The notes: a model not told the origin generated them from the sequence alone. A DNA stretch of 32,000 nt from an uncultured archaeon (GCA_964373795.1 CAYJVY010000001.1:139241-171240), one strand, 5' to 3'. Positions 19,201 to 30,686 are shown, counted from the stretch's first letter. Numbers and translations are program-made.

Positions 19201-19570
19201 TGAATCAAAGTTGAATAAAAAAACTCTTGAATTAATTTCAACACTAAAATGCTTATCTTTAAACGACATTTTAGTTGACGTGATTACAGAAATAAAAGAA
19301 GTTTCTTCAGGAGAATTTGAATACGACTTTGTTGTTCCAGGCAAAGAAAATTTTGTTGGAGGTTTTGGTGGAATAATGCTTCACAATTCAGGGCACAGTG
19401 ACAGATCAGAATTAACTAATTATATTCGCACTCTAAAAATTAAACCTAAAAGAGTAATAGTTGACCACGGAGAAAAATCTAAAGCAATTGAATTCGCGAA
19501 ATTCATTACAGCTAAATTCAAAATCAATTCCACTGCATTACAAAACCTTGATGCAATAAGGTTAGAGTAA
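16259..19570 (+). CDS. aCPSF1 (KH-domain / MBL / beta-CASP ribonuclease) interrupted by an in-frame intein
   Basis: KH motif VIGKGGETSKQI, MBL motif SHAHLDHSG, and beta-CASP region ESTYG. Motif C, GF-SGHSD, is split by a 472-aa insert. The extein total is 631 aa, which is the normal size. Confidence 0.95.
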   Translation: MDYIKQIKDTILESLPKEALVTTVDLEGPEIAIYTKNPKMFFENQNLVAKAAFDLKKRINIRTDKSLLTEENKAEKTIREIVPQDADIRDISFNPAFSEVVIEAIKPGLVIGKGGETSKQIILETGWTPNIIRAPTSPSKILKGLRNHLHKYSSERKKILQDIARKIYAERSENAKNWIRLHALGAFREVGRSCVFVETPYTKVLLDCGVNVANNAEPYPYLDALNFSVDRLDAVIISHAHLDHSGMLPYLFRLGYRGPVYLTKPSRDLMCLLQFDYIDVLVKEGKEPPYTEQDIKEMIKYCITREYREVTDIAPDMRLTFHNASHILGSSSVHLHIGNGQHNLVYSGDIKFGFTRLFNDLDLNFPRIETLIIESTYGSKMDLHPKRMDAEKNLIQVIKETIQTGGNVLIPVFAVGRAQEIMLVLEEGYKRGELDGINVYVDGMTKEASAVHTAYPEYLRSKVQRRILQNDSPFTSEIFKEATWDQRDEILAKGSAVILASSGMLTGGASLDYLTKMSSDPNNTIVFVGFQGQGSTGRKIQSGIKSFPITAENSKTKELVINMRVETIEGFSVPYETDVMIKRNNLFELIEIGKLADEFLPKTSEGLVELKRIQVPAFDFNGKISWHAVSHLLKHKSKDNHLLFKTKSGKEIQVSKGHSLFCFKNKAIQALPANKLTTGSHIVIPNKLPESHSIHSIQFQEFVDNKNYVLNEELNKFEPMKGGNKKSFLISECKDMKKLARFLGYYISEGNIEKGKGNRAILSFGAHEKNLIEDAIDCSKTCFGITPTIHKPHKTETQLRIHNKMLVEFLEQIGCGERGSSKRVPKIVLNFSIEVQKEFLKAYFEGDGYIYKNGGKGYLAAKSISKKLVSDLSYLLLQHGIVPRIKGPIKEKARELNGNFLKESIIFKIYLSEKDFTKIQRNIGIAPFALPLIEINLRSWYTAISNPKLRKLANAYINALEKKGRSYIGLHVLRQFLNALNESKLNKKTLELISTLKCLSLNDILVDVITEIKEVSSGEFEYDFVVPGKENFVGGFGGIMLHNSGHSDRSELTNYIRTLKIKPKRVIVDHGEKSKAIEFAKFITAKFKINSTALQNLDAIRLE
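17972..19387 (+). mobile_element. Intein (472 aa) with LAGLIDADG homing-endonuclease domain inside aCPSF1
   Basis: N-terminal block A SVPYETDVMI (Ser1) and block B VSKGHSLF. LAGLIDADG motifs LARFLGYYISEGN and FLKAYFEGDGYI. Blocks F/G read EYDFVVPGKENFVGGFGGIMLHN, followed by +1 Ser. Removing the insert restores EGF-SGHSDR. Both junctions were checked in frame. Confidence 0.88.
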
Positions 19571-19806
19571 CGCCGCTGACTTTTTGCGATTTTCTGAGAT
19601 AGGTACATTTGTAAGAGAGTCTTTAACCAAAATAACCACTTCTTCTTTAGGATTTTCTAATTGTCCAGTAAAGGAGTAATTAATAAAGATCCAATTAACA
19701 AAAACCCAGAAACAACCATTAAAAAATTTATCAAAATCATTTTCAAAATTAGTATTTTATTACATATTTAAGCTTATTGAACTAAAGAGACAAATTGTAA
19801 TATTAT

Positions 19807-20061
19807 TTATTCTTTTAATAATTTATCTGGGTTGATTTTGAAGTCTAGTTTTTTTAAAGGTATGTCATATGATTTTAATCTGTTTTTGATTGTTGAAAGA
19901 ACCTCATAATAAGCCAGCACTCTTCCTTCTTGAAATAATTTGTCTTCTTTCTTTTTAGCAGTTTTAACATCTTTTTTGGCTTCAATAGCGTAATCTGTCA
20001 AAGACATTATTATATCTGCTAAAACACCACTATACTCATTTTCTTTTTTCATTTTCAACAA
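19807..20061 (-). CDS. Hypothetical small helical protein
   Basis: 84-aa ORF, lysine/glutamate-rich. No family recognised. It sits in a gene-poor stretch between aCPSF1 and the NUDIX gene. Confidence 0.4.
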   Translation of the reverse strand: MLKMKKENEYSGVLADIIMSLTDYAIEAKKDVKTAKKKEDKLFQEGRVLAYYEVLSTIKNRLKSYDIPLKKLDFKINPDKLLKE

Positions 20062-20273
20062 AATATTGTTCTACCAATATTCTTATTAAATCATAAAGGA
20101 TGGACTGCTGGAAAAACCCGCGCAATAATTAATTCTCTTATTACATCTAAAACAGTGAAATCAAAAAAATTACTTAAAAATGGTGGAGCAGTAAAACTGG
20201 TTAAATTAATTGACTAGTTTTATCTAATTTTTTCAACTTACATTTTAAATTGTTTTTGTAATGAAAACTTTTA

Positions 20274-20981
20274 ATGCCGGAATTTTTTTTTATTGAATGT
20301 GATGGAAAAGTTTTCTTAATTGAAAAAAATAATAAATTAATTTTTCCTTCACGTAAAAAAGAATTTAATTTTAAAATAAATATTTTAAGAGAGTTTTCTT
20401 TGCATGAATCCAAGTTTTTTTTCTGTGAACCAGTTTTAGAAAAATATCCAGATGAATGGTTGTTTAAAAAAGATGCCTTGCTTTCAGATAAGTCTTCTAA
20501 AATAGTGAAAGAAGCAATTTATTTTACTTCTTTTACTTGGGTTGTTGGAAGAGCAGTTGTAGTTGACGGCAAAGGAAAAATGCTTGTATTAAAAGGGGGC
20601 AGAGGAATAAATAAAGGAAATTTCACTACTCCTGGAGGAATAGTTGTTTACGGTGAAACAACTCAAGAAACCGCTTTGCGGGAATGCATAGAAGAATGCG
20701 GTTTAAAAATTGAAATAATTAAATTACTTGGGATATTGGATGGCTTGGATAAAATTGGAATGCAAAGAGTTACCTTTGTTTATTTATGTAAACCAATTTC
20801 CGGCAAGCTTTCTCCAAACATGGATGATGTAGTTGAAGCAAAATGGATGCCAATAAAAGATGCTCTTGAAAAATTTTCATATTATTCTTTTAATGTTTTC
20901 AAGAACTGGATTCAAGTCAATCCAAAAGAAGCAAAAAAATTAACTGGATTTAATTTTGAGAAGCAAGCAAGCCGGCAGTGA
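20274..20981 (+). CDS. NUDIX hydrolase with ~100-aa N-terminal extension
   Basis: Nudix box GGIVVYGETTQETALRECIEECGL (G-x5-E-x7-REUxEExGU). Confidence 0.85.
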   Translation: MPEFFFIECDGKVFLIEKNNKLIFPSRKKEFNFKINILREFSLHESKFFFCEPVLEKYPDEWLFKKDALLSDKSSKIVKEAIYFTSFTWVVGRAVVVDGKGKMLVLKGGRGINKGNFTTPGGIVVYGETTQETALRECIEECGLKIEIIKLLGILDGLDKIGMQRVTFVYLCKPISGKLSPNMDDVVEAKWMPIKDALEKFSYYSFNVFKNWIQVNPKEAKKLTGFNFEKQASRQ

Positions 20982-21185
20982 AATGAGGGCTTAACCTTTA
21001 AAGCTTTTTCCAATTGTGAACAATTCCTTTTTATTTCTTTCTGTTAACTTCTTTAATATAAATTATATATTTAGATATATAAATCGATTTTTCTCCTGAG
21101 CGTGAAAAGAGTTGTTAAACAATTTCCATATTTTAGTGTATTAACTTAAGTTAACTTGTAGAGATCTCTCTGGAGAAGCTTTTCT

Positions 21186-21265
21186 TTGGAAAAGAAAACC
21201 TTGGAAAAGAAACATGCCTTGGAAAATGCTTTGAAAAAAGCATTGGAAAAGAAATTGAAAAGAAA
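21186..21265. repeat. Array of TTGGAAAAGAAA-like 11-15-bp units in the rpoH leader
   Basis: Perfect 12-mers TTGGAAAAGAAA at 21186, 21201 and 21243. Degenerate copies at 21219, 21231 and 21255. The array ends 9 nt before the rpoH ATG. Confidence 0.7.
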
Positions 21266-21274
21266 TTTGAGGGA

Positions 21275-21514
21275 ATGATTTTGACTCTAGAATCTCTTTT
21301 AGAACATGTTTTGGTTCCGAAACACGAAGTAGTTCCAAGAACTCAAGTTCAAGAAGTATTAGAAAAATATGGAATTACTTTGGAAAAACTTGCTTTAATT
21401 TCTGTTGATGATCCAATTGTAACTGAATTGCAAGCAGATAAAGGAGATTTAATTAAAGTTACTCGTTTTAGTCATACTGCTGGGGAAAGCATTTATTTTA
21501 GATTAGTTGGTTAA
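21275..21514 (+). CDS. rpoH: DNA-directed RNA polymerase subunit H (Rpo5)
   Basis: HVLVPKHEVVPRTQVQEVLEKYGITLEKLALISVDDPIV...GDLIKVTRFSHTAGESIYFRLV matches the RpoH/Rpb5 C-terminal domain. Confidence 0.92.
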   Translation: MILTLESLLEHVLVPKHEVVPRTQVQEVLEKYGITLEKLALISVDDPIVTELQADKGDLIKVTRFSHTAGESIYFRLVG

Positions 21515-21527
21515 AGGAGAGATTGAA

Positions 21528-24512
21528 TTGAATAACTTGGAATTAATTGATGCTTATTATAGAAGTAAAAAAATTTCTAAAATGGAAATTGATTCTTTTA
21601 ATCAATTCTTGGATTTAAAATTAAATGAAATAGTTGATGAAAATAAATTTGTTTCTCCTAAAATGGAGGAAGTAAGAATAGAGTTATCAAAAATAGAGGT
21701 TTTAAAGCCAAGAATAATTGAAGCAGATGGTTCTCCTAGATCAAACTTTTTTCCAATGGAGGCTCGTTTAAGAAACAGAACTTATGCTTCCCCGATTTTT
21801 TTAACAATGACTTTGCTTAGAAGAGATGTAGAACAAGACGTAAAAAAAGCTTATATTGGGGATCTTCCAGTAATGCTTAAATCAAATCGTTGTTGGCTTG
21901 AAGGAAAATCAGATGAAGAATTAGTTGAAATGGGTGAAGATCCATTAGATTTTGGTGGATACTTTATTATTAATGGATCTGAAAAAGCTTTAATGACTCA
22001 AGAAGTTTTGGCTTCAGATAGAGTAATGATTGCTGAATCATCTCAAGAGAAAACAATTTCTGAAGTGATTTCAACTCGAGGAGCATTTAAGGGAAGGACA
22101 AGAGTAATTCGTTCTCCAGACGGAACATTAAATGTTACTTTTCCTGCTTCTCCAAAAAAATTAAACTTATATGTTTTATTAAAAGCTTTAGGAATGAAGT
22201 CAACTAATCAAATAACTGATGCTTTTAGTGACTTAAAAGAAATTAGAAACGATGTATTAATTAATTTTGAAAATCTTGACGTTAAAGATGAAGAAGAAGC
22301 ATTAGATAAAATTGGAAAATATGTTGCTCCAGGACAAGTAATTGATTATAGATTGAAAAGAGCTCAAGAAGTAGTAGACGCATTTTTATTGCCTCATATT
22401 GGGCAAAACCCTGAAGACAGATTAGCTAAAGCATACTTTTTATGCATGATGGCTGAAAAAGCAATTGAAAAAGCTAATGGTTTAAGAGGCGAAGACGATA
22501 AAGATCATTATGCTAATAAAAGAGTTGAATTAAGTGGAAAATTAATGGAGCACTTATTTAGATATGCATTCAAATATTTTATCAAGGACTTGAAATTCCA
22601 AATTGACAGAACTATTACTCGTAGAAGAAAACTAAACATTTCAACTGTTGTTCGCCCAGGAGCTGTAACTGAAAGAATTCGTTTTGCAATGTCTACTGGA
22701 AACTGGATTGGCAGAGCAACAGGAGTAAGCAAATTCATGGACAGAGTTAATTACATTGCTCCTTTAACTGATTTAAGAAAAGTTAAATCTCCTTTAGATA
22801 AAAGTCGAGAATTATATGAAGCAAGAGATGTTCATGGAACTCATTGGGGTAGACTTGATTGCATTGAAACTCCTGATGGGCCTCAATGCGTTTCTCCTGA
22901 AACTGAAATGCTTTTAGATGATTATACTGCAATTCAAATAAAAGATTTTGAAGAAATTTGGAGAAACAAAAAAATTTCTTCAATTGATTGGAATAAAGAA
23001 GATAAAAGTGAAGTTAAATCCAGTATTGCTAGATTCATTAAGTTAACTCCAAATAAAAAGGTTTTCAAGATTAAAACTAAGGAAACTGGAAGAGAATTAA
23101 TTGCTACAATTGATCATCCTTTTTACTCTGAATTGAAAGGAAAAACAGATTTAAGCAATTTGCATGAAGGAGAAAGAGTTGCTGTTTTGCCAATTAAAGC
23201 ACTTAAATTTGAAAAACCTGTAAAAGAATTAATTTTATCAGAGCAAGACATTATTAATGCATGTCCAGAAAAATCTGATCAAGAACACATTTTAAATGAA
23301 TTAAAATCAAAAAACTTAATTCCGTTTTATTCAGATAATGAAAACATTTTAATTGCTTCAAAAATTTTAGGCCATTTATTTGGAGATGGAAGCTTAACTC
23401 TTTCAATGAAAAAATTTAAATCCAATTATGCAATTGTTTTTTCTGGAAACAAAGGAGATCTTGAAGACATTTCATTAGATGTTAAAAAACTTGGCTTTAA
23501 TGCTTCAAAAATTTCTCAATTAAAAAGAAAATCTATTTTAACTAATGGAAGAATAATTGAAGGAACATCTACTTTAATGCATTGTTATTCAAAGCCTTTA
23601 TGGGTTTTCTTTAAAGCTTTGGGAGCGCCAAATGGGGACAAAGTTTTAACAGAATATTCAATTCCTGCATGGATTAAAAATCAAAGAAAAATTGTAGTAA
23701 AAGAATTTTTATCTGCATATTTTGGAAGCGAAATGACTAAACCGCAAGTAGATAAAAGAGATGAAAAAATATTTTTACAGCCAACGTTTTCATTGAATAA
23801 ATCAAAGGACTTGGTTTTAAGTGGAATTAAATTCACTGAAGAATTAAAGGAACTTCTTTCATTATTTGATGTGAACATTTCTAAAACAAAAATTGTTGAC
23901 TGTATTCAAAGAAAATCAGGTATTGAAACAAGAAAAATTAAAGTGTTATTTTCTTCCAAGATAGATTCTTTGCTTAATTTGTTTGGATTAATTGGATTCA
24001 ATTATTGTAGAGAAAGAAATAGTTTGGCAAGACTTGCATTTGAATATCTTTTAACTAAAAAAACTTTAATTGAAAAAAGAACTTTATTACAACAATCAAC
24101 AATTAATTTGTCTAATAAAGGCTTTAATGAACAACAAATTTTAAGTGAATTAAAACAAGGCCTGCGATTACATGATGTACTTAATTGGGTTAAAAAATCT
24201 AAACAAGGAGATGAAATTTCTCCAAGAGTTTCAGAAATTGATTTCCCTAAATTTGATGAATGGATTAGAAGTCATGCGATTTCCGAAAATGGTTTGTGTT
24301 GGGAAACAATTGAATCAATTCAAGAAACAAATTGCAGCGAAGTAATGGATGTAACAACTTTGCAAGATTATCACAATTTTTTTGCAAATGGTTTTTTAAC
24401 AGGAAATTGTGGGCTAGTAAAAAATCTGTGTTTATTGGCAGAGGTTACAACAGAGTCAAGTCAAGAACCAGTTGAAAAATTATTGAATGAAATGGGAGTG
24501 AAACTTAAATGA
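21528..24512 (+). CDS. rpoB2: DNA-directed RNA polymerase subunit B'' (N-terminal half of split Rpo2) interrupted by an in-frame intein
   Basis: IDSFNQFL, FPMEARLRNRTYASP, GGYFIINGSEKAL and HGTHWGRLDCIETPDGPQ-[insert]-CGLVKNLCLLAEVT. I prefer the TTG at 21528 (AAAGGAGAG upstream); the ORF-track start is 21507. The extein is ~494 aa counted from 21507 (~487 aa from the 21528 start). Confidence 0.95.
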   Translation: MNNLELIDAYYRSKKISKMEIDSFNQFLDLKLNEIVDENKFVSPKMEEVRIELSKIEVLKPRIIEADGSPRSNFFPMEARLRNRTYASPIFLTMTLLRRDVEQDVKKAYIGDLPVMLKSNRCWLEGKSDEELVEMGEDPLDFGGYFIINGSEKALMTQEVLASDRVMIAESSQEKTISEVISTRGAFKGRTRVIRSPDGTLNVTFPASPKKLNLYVLLKALGMKSTNQITDAFSDLKEIRNDVLINFENLDVKDEEEALDKIGKYVAPGQVIDYRLKRAQEVVDAFLLPHIGQNPEDRLAKAYFLCMMAEKAIEKANGLRGEDDKDHYANKRVELSGKLMEHLFRYAFKYFIKDLKFQIDRTITRRRKLNISTVVRPGAVTERIRFAMSTGNWIGRATGVSKFMDRVNYIAPLTDLRKVKSPLDKSRELYEARDVHGTHWGRLDCIETPDGPQCVSPETEMLLDDYTAIQIKDFEEIWRNKKISSIDWNKEDKSEVKSSIARFIKLTPNKKVFKIKTKETGRELIATIDHPFYSELKGKTDLSNLHEGERVAVLPIKALKFEKPVKELILSEQDIINACPEKSDQEHILNELKSKNLIPFYSDNENILIASKILGHLFGDGSLTLSMKKFKSNYAIVFSGNKGDLEDISLDVKKLGFNASKISQLKRKSILTNGRIIEGTSTLMHCYSKPLWVFFKALGAPNGDKVLTEYSIPAWIKNQRKIVVKEFLSAYFGSEMTKPQVDKRDEKIFLQPTFSLNKSKDLVLSGIKFTEELKELLSLFDVNISKTKIVDCIQRKSGIETRKIKVLFSSKIDSLLNLFGLIGFNYCRERNSLARLAFEYLLTKKTLIEKRTLLQQSTINLSNKGFNEQQILSELKQGLRLHDVLNWVKKSKQGDEISPRVSEIDFPKFDEWIRSHAISENGLCWETIESIQETNCSEVMDVTTLQDYHNFFANGFLTGNCGLVKNLCLLAEVTTESSQEPVEKLLNEMGVKLK
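22887..24407 (+). mobile_element. Intein (507 aa) with LAGLIDADG homing-endonuclease domain inside RpoB''
   Basis: Block A CVSPETEMLL (Cys1) and block B ATIDHPFY. LAGLIDADG-like motifs ILGHLFGDGSL and FLSAYFGSEM. Blocks F/G read VMDVTTLQDYHNFFANGFLTGN, followed by +1 Cys. The penultimate residue is Gly rather than His. Removing the insert restores ETPDGPQ-CGLVKNL. Both junctions were checked in frame. Confidence 0.88.
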
Positions 24513-24922
24513 AGTTATTCCTTTCACTACCAATTTTGTTTTCAATTTCGTTTTCTGGTTGCTTGTATTTAAATGATTTTAGTTCTATGAGTCAATTTTC
24601 TTCTCCTATTGATTCAATAAATGAACCATTTATTGAAGCAGTTAAATCTTCAGAGGAAGGAAAAAAATTAATTTCTTTATATGGAGAGGGAAATCTTTTT
24701 TATCAAGTTTCTTCTGCAGCAGATTTTTATTGCCTTGGAATTCTAACAAAAGCTGAAGCAAATGAAAAAGTTAAAAAGGATTTTGAGGAATGCCAGAAAA
24801 AATATGCTGGATGGAAAGAAGTAAGCGTTGAAGACAAAGGAACTGATAGCCTTGTTTATAAAACTTTTATTTTAGATAATGAAAAGAAAATAGTTGAAGT
24901 AATTGCTGAAAAATATAATTGA
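24509..24922 (+). CDS. Hypothetical signal-peptide/lipobox protein (137 aa) located between rpoB'' and rpoB'
   Basis: MKLFLSLPILFSISFSGC, then a hydrophilic domain containing 2 further Cys. Its ATG overlaps the rpoB'' TGA (ATGA at 24509-24512). Its TGA overlaps the candidate rpoB' TTG (TTGA at 24919-24922). GGGAGTG lies 8 nt upstream. Confidence 0.55.
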   Translation: MKLFLSLPILFSISFSGCLYLNDFSSMSQFSSPIDSINEPFIEAVKSSEEGKKLISLYGEGNLFYQVSSAADFYCLGILTKAEANEKVKKDFEECQKKYAGWKEVSVEDKGTDSLVYKTFILDNEKKIVEVIAEKYN

Positions 24923-26745
24923 AGGGTGAAAAATTGAAGGAAGGAAAGGTTTACATTAATGGAAGATTAATTGGTTTTCATAAAGATCCAAAAAAATTGG
25001 CAAAGGATTTAATTCAGAAAAGAAGGCAAGGAAAACTTGACTTTCATATTGGAATTGCTTTTCATGAAGACACTAGTGAAGTATACCTTAACACTGATTC
25101 TGGAAGAGTTATTCGTCCTTTACTAATTATTGAAAACGGTAAATTGAAGTTAACTTCAGATGATTTAAAACTAGTTAGAGATGGAAAGCTTTCTTGGCAG
25201 AATTTAATTGAAAAAGGATTAATTGAATACTTGGATGCAGAAGAAGAAGAAAATGCTTTAATTGCTTTAAATGAAGAAGAATTAACTAAAGAGCATACTC
25301 ATTTGGAAATTAATCCAATTGGAATTTTTTCAATTATTACTTCTTTAATTCCTTACATGAAACACAACATGGCTGGAAAAGCATTGCATGGAGCTAAAAT
25401 GTTTAAACAAGCTTTAGGAGTTCCAGGAATTAATTTTGCTTTAAGAACTGATACTGAAGGATTTTTATTGCATTACCCTCAAAAAGCTTTAGTTAAAACT
25501 CGTTCAATTGATTTACTTCAATTAGAGAAACGCCCTGATGTTCAAAACTTTGTTGTAGCAATAATGCCTTTTTATGGATTCAATGTTTTAGATGCAGTTG
25601 TATTAAATAAAGGTGCAGTTGAAAGAGGTTTAGCTAGATCTTCTTATTATAGATCTTATGAATCCTTGGAAAACCGTTATCCTGGAGGGCAAGCAGATAA
25701 ATTTGAAATTCCTTCAGAGGAAACAATTGGTTTTTTAGGAGAAGAAGCTTACAAGCAATTAGGAGAAGATGGATTAGTTGAAGTTGAATCCTTTGTTTCA
25801 GATAAAAGCTTGATTATTGGAAAAACTTCTCCTCCTCGTTTCTTGGAAGAAATAAGTGATTTTGGAATAGTTAAAGAAAAAAGACGCGAATCAAGTGTTG
25901 GAGTAAGAAAAGGCAAACCAGGATTTGTTGATAAAGTACTTTTAACTGAAGCCGAAGGAGGAAACAGGTTAGTGAAAATAAAAGTTAGAAGCCAAATGAT
26001 TCCAGAGCCTGGAGACAAGTTTTCTTCAAAGCATGGACAAAAAGGAGTTGTAGGAGCAGTAATTCCTGAAGCAGATATGCCTTTCACTAAAGACGGAGTA
26101 AAGCCTGATTTGATTTTAAATCCTCATTCAATTCCATCCAGAATGACTGTAGGGCATTTACTTGAAATGCTTGCAGGAAAAGCAAGTTCATTAAAAGGAG
26201 AACAAATTGATGGAACTCCATTCAATGAAGTTCCAATTGAAGACTTATATAAAATGTTAAAAGACTCAGGTTTTAGAGATGATGGAAAAGAAATTTTTTA
26301 CGATGGATTAAGTGGAGAAATGATTGAAGGACAAATTTTTACTGGAGTAGTTGCTTATAGAAGACTATTTCACATGGTTGCACACAAATTGCAAGCTCGT
26401 TCTAGAGGCCCTGTTCAAATTCTTACTCGCCAGCCAACTGAAGGAAAAGAAAAAGAAGGAGGATTAAGGTTTGGTGAAATGGAAGGAGAAACATTAGTAG
26501 GTCATGGAGCCGCGCTTTTATTGCAAGAAAAATTTATTGAAGACTCTGATAAATCCATTCAATTAGTTTGCCAAAACTGTGGATTAATTGCAATAGATGA
26601 CCAAGTTAGAAGAAAAAAATATTGCCAGGTATGCAAGTCTTCAAAGGTTTACCCAGTGGAAATGAGTTTTGGATTTAAATTATTAATGGATGAATTAAAA
26701 GCTTTAGGAATTTATCCAAGGCTTGTAATTGATGACAAGGTTTAA
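24919..26745 (+). CDS. rpoB1: DNA-directed RNA polymerase subunit B' (C-terminal half of split Rpo2)
   Basis: KVYINGRLIG, SSKHGQKGV, PDLILNPHSIPSRMTVGHLLE, GEMEGETLVGHGAA, and the C-terminal Zn ribbon CQNCG...CQVC. An alternative TTG start at 24934 is preceded by AGGGTGA. Confidence 0.95.
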   Translation: MKGEKLKEGKVYINGRLIGFHKDPKKLAKDLIQKRRQGKLDFHIGIAFHEDTSEVYLNTDSGRVIRPLLIIENGKLKLTSDDLKLVRDGKLSWQNLIEKGLIEYLDAEEEENALIALNEEELTKEHTHLEINPIGIFSIITSLIPYMKHNMAGKALHGAKMFKQALGVPGINFALRTDTEGFLLHYPQKALVKTRSIDLLQLEKRPDVQNFVVAIMPFYGFNVLDAVVLNKGAVERGLARSSYYRSYESLENRYPGGQADKFEIPSEETIGFLGEEAYKQLGEDGLVEVESFVSDKSLIIGKTSPPRFLEEISDFGIVKEKRRESSVGVRKGKPGFVDKVLLTEAEGGNRLVKIKVRSQMIPEPGDKFSSKHGQKGVVGAVIPEADMPFTKDGVKPDLILNPHSIPSRMTVGHLLEMLAGKASSLKGEQIDGTPFNEVPIEDLYKMLKDSGFRDDGKEIFYDGLSGEMIEGQIFTGVVAYRRLFHMVAHKLQARSRGPVQILTRQPTEGKEKEGGLRFGEMEGETLVGHGAALLLQEKFIEDSDKSIQLVCQNCGLIAIDDQVRRKKYCQVCKSSKVYPVEMSFGFKLLMDELKALGIYPRLVIDDKV

Positions 26746-26758
26746 AGGATTGATTGCA

Positions 26759-30681
<3,923 letters not shown>

Positions 30682-30686
30682 CTCTC

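Noticed and set aside
16357-19608. Minus-strand ORFs inside aCPSF1 and its intein (16357-16746, 16818-17006, 18399-18842, 19156-19344, 19420-19608)
   Set aside because: They are antisense to a gene with clear KH, MBL, beta-CASP and intein motifs, and have no motifs of their own.
19657-19740. 27-aa hydrophobic micro-ORF on the minus strand (MILINFLMVVSGFLLIGSLLITPLLDN)
   Set aside because: It would make a plausible single-TM micropeptide. However, no SD-like motif precedes it, it is very short, and there is no conservation information. That is not enough to call it.
20023-20217. Open plus-strand frame ending ...KGWTAGKTRAIINSLITSKTVKSKKLLKNGGAVKLVKLID* (wHTH-like tail)
   Set aside because: The open stretch has no ATG, GTG or TTG start codon. 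It is probably a gene fragment or chance frame and is reported only as a note.
20201-20413. 70-aa minus-strand ORF overlapping the NUDIX gene start
   Set aside because: It has low-complexity K/N/L-rich composition and overlaps the 5' end of a motif-supported gene on the other strand.
21186-21265. Possibility that the short tandem repeats (here, 31731-31772 and 31964-32000) are CRISPR arrays
   Set aside because: The units are 12-15 bp and directly abutting or nearly so, with no unique spacers of ~30 bp and no cas genes. They are not CRISPR.
21141-21338. 65-aa minus-strand ORF across the rpoH leader
   Set aside because: Its repetitive FQ/FL translation is simply the reverse reading of the TTGGAAAAGAAA repeat array, and it overlaps the rpoH start.
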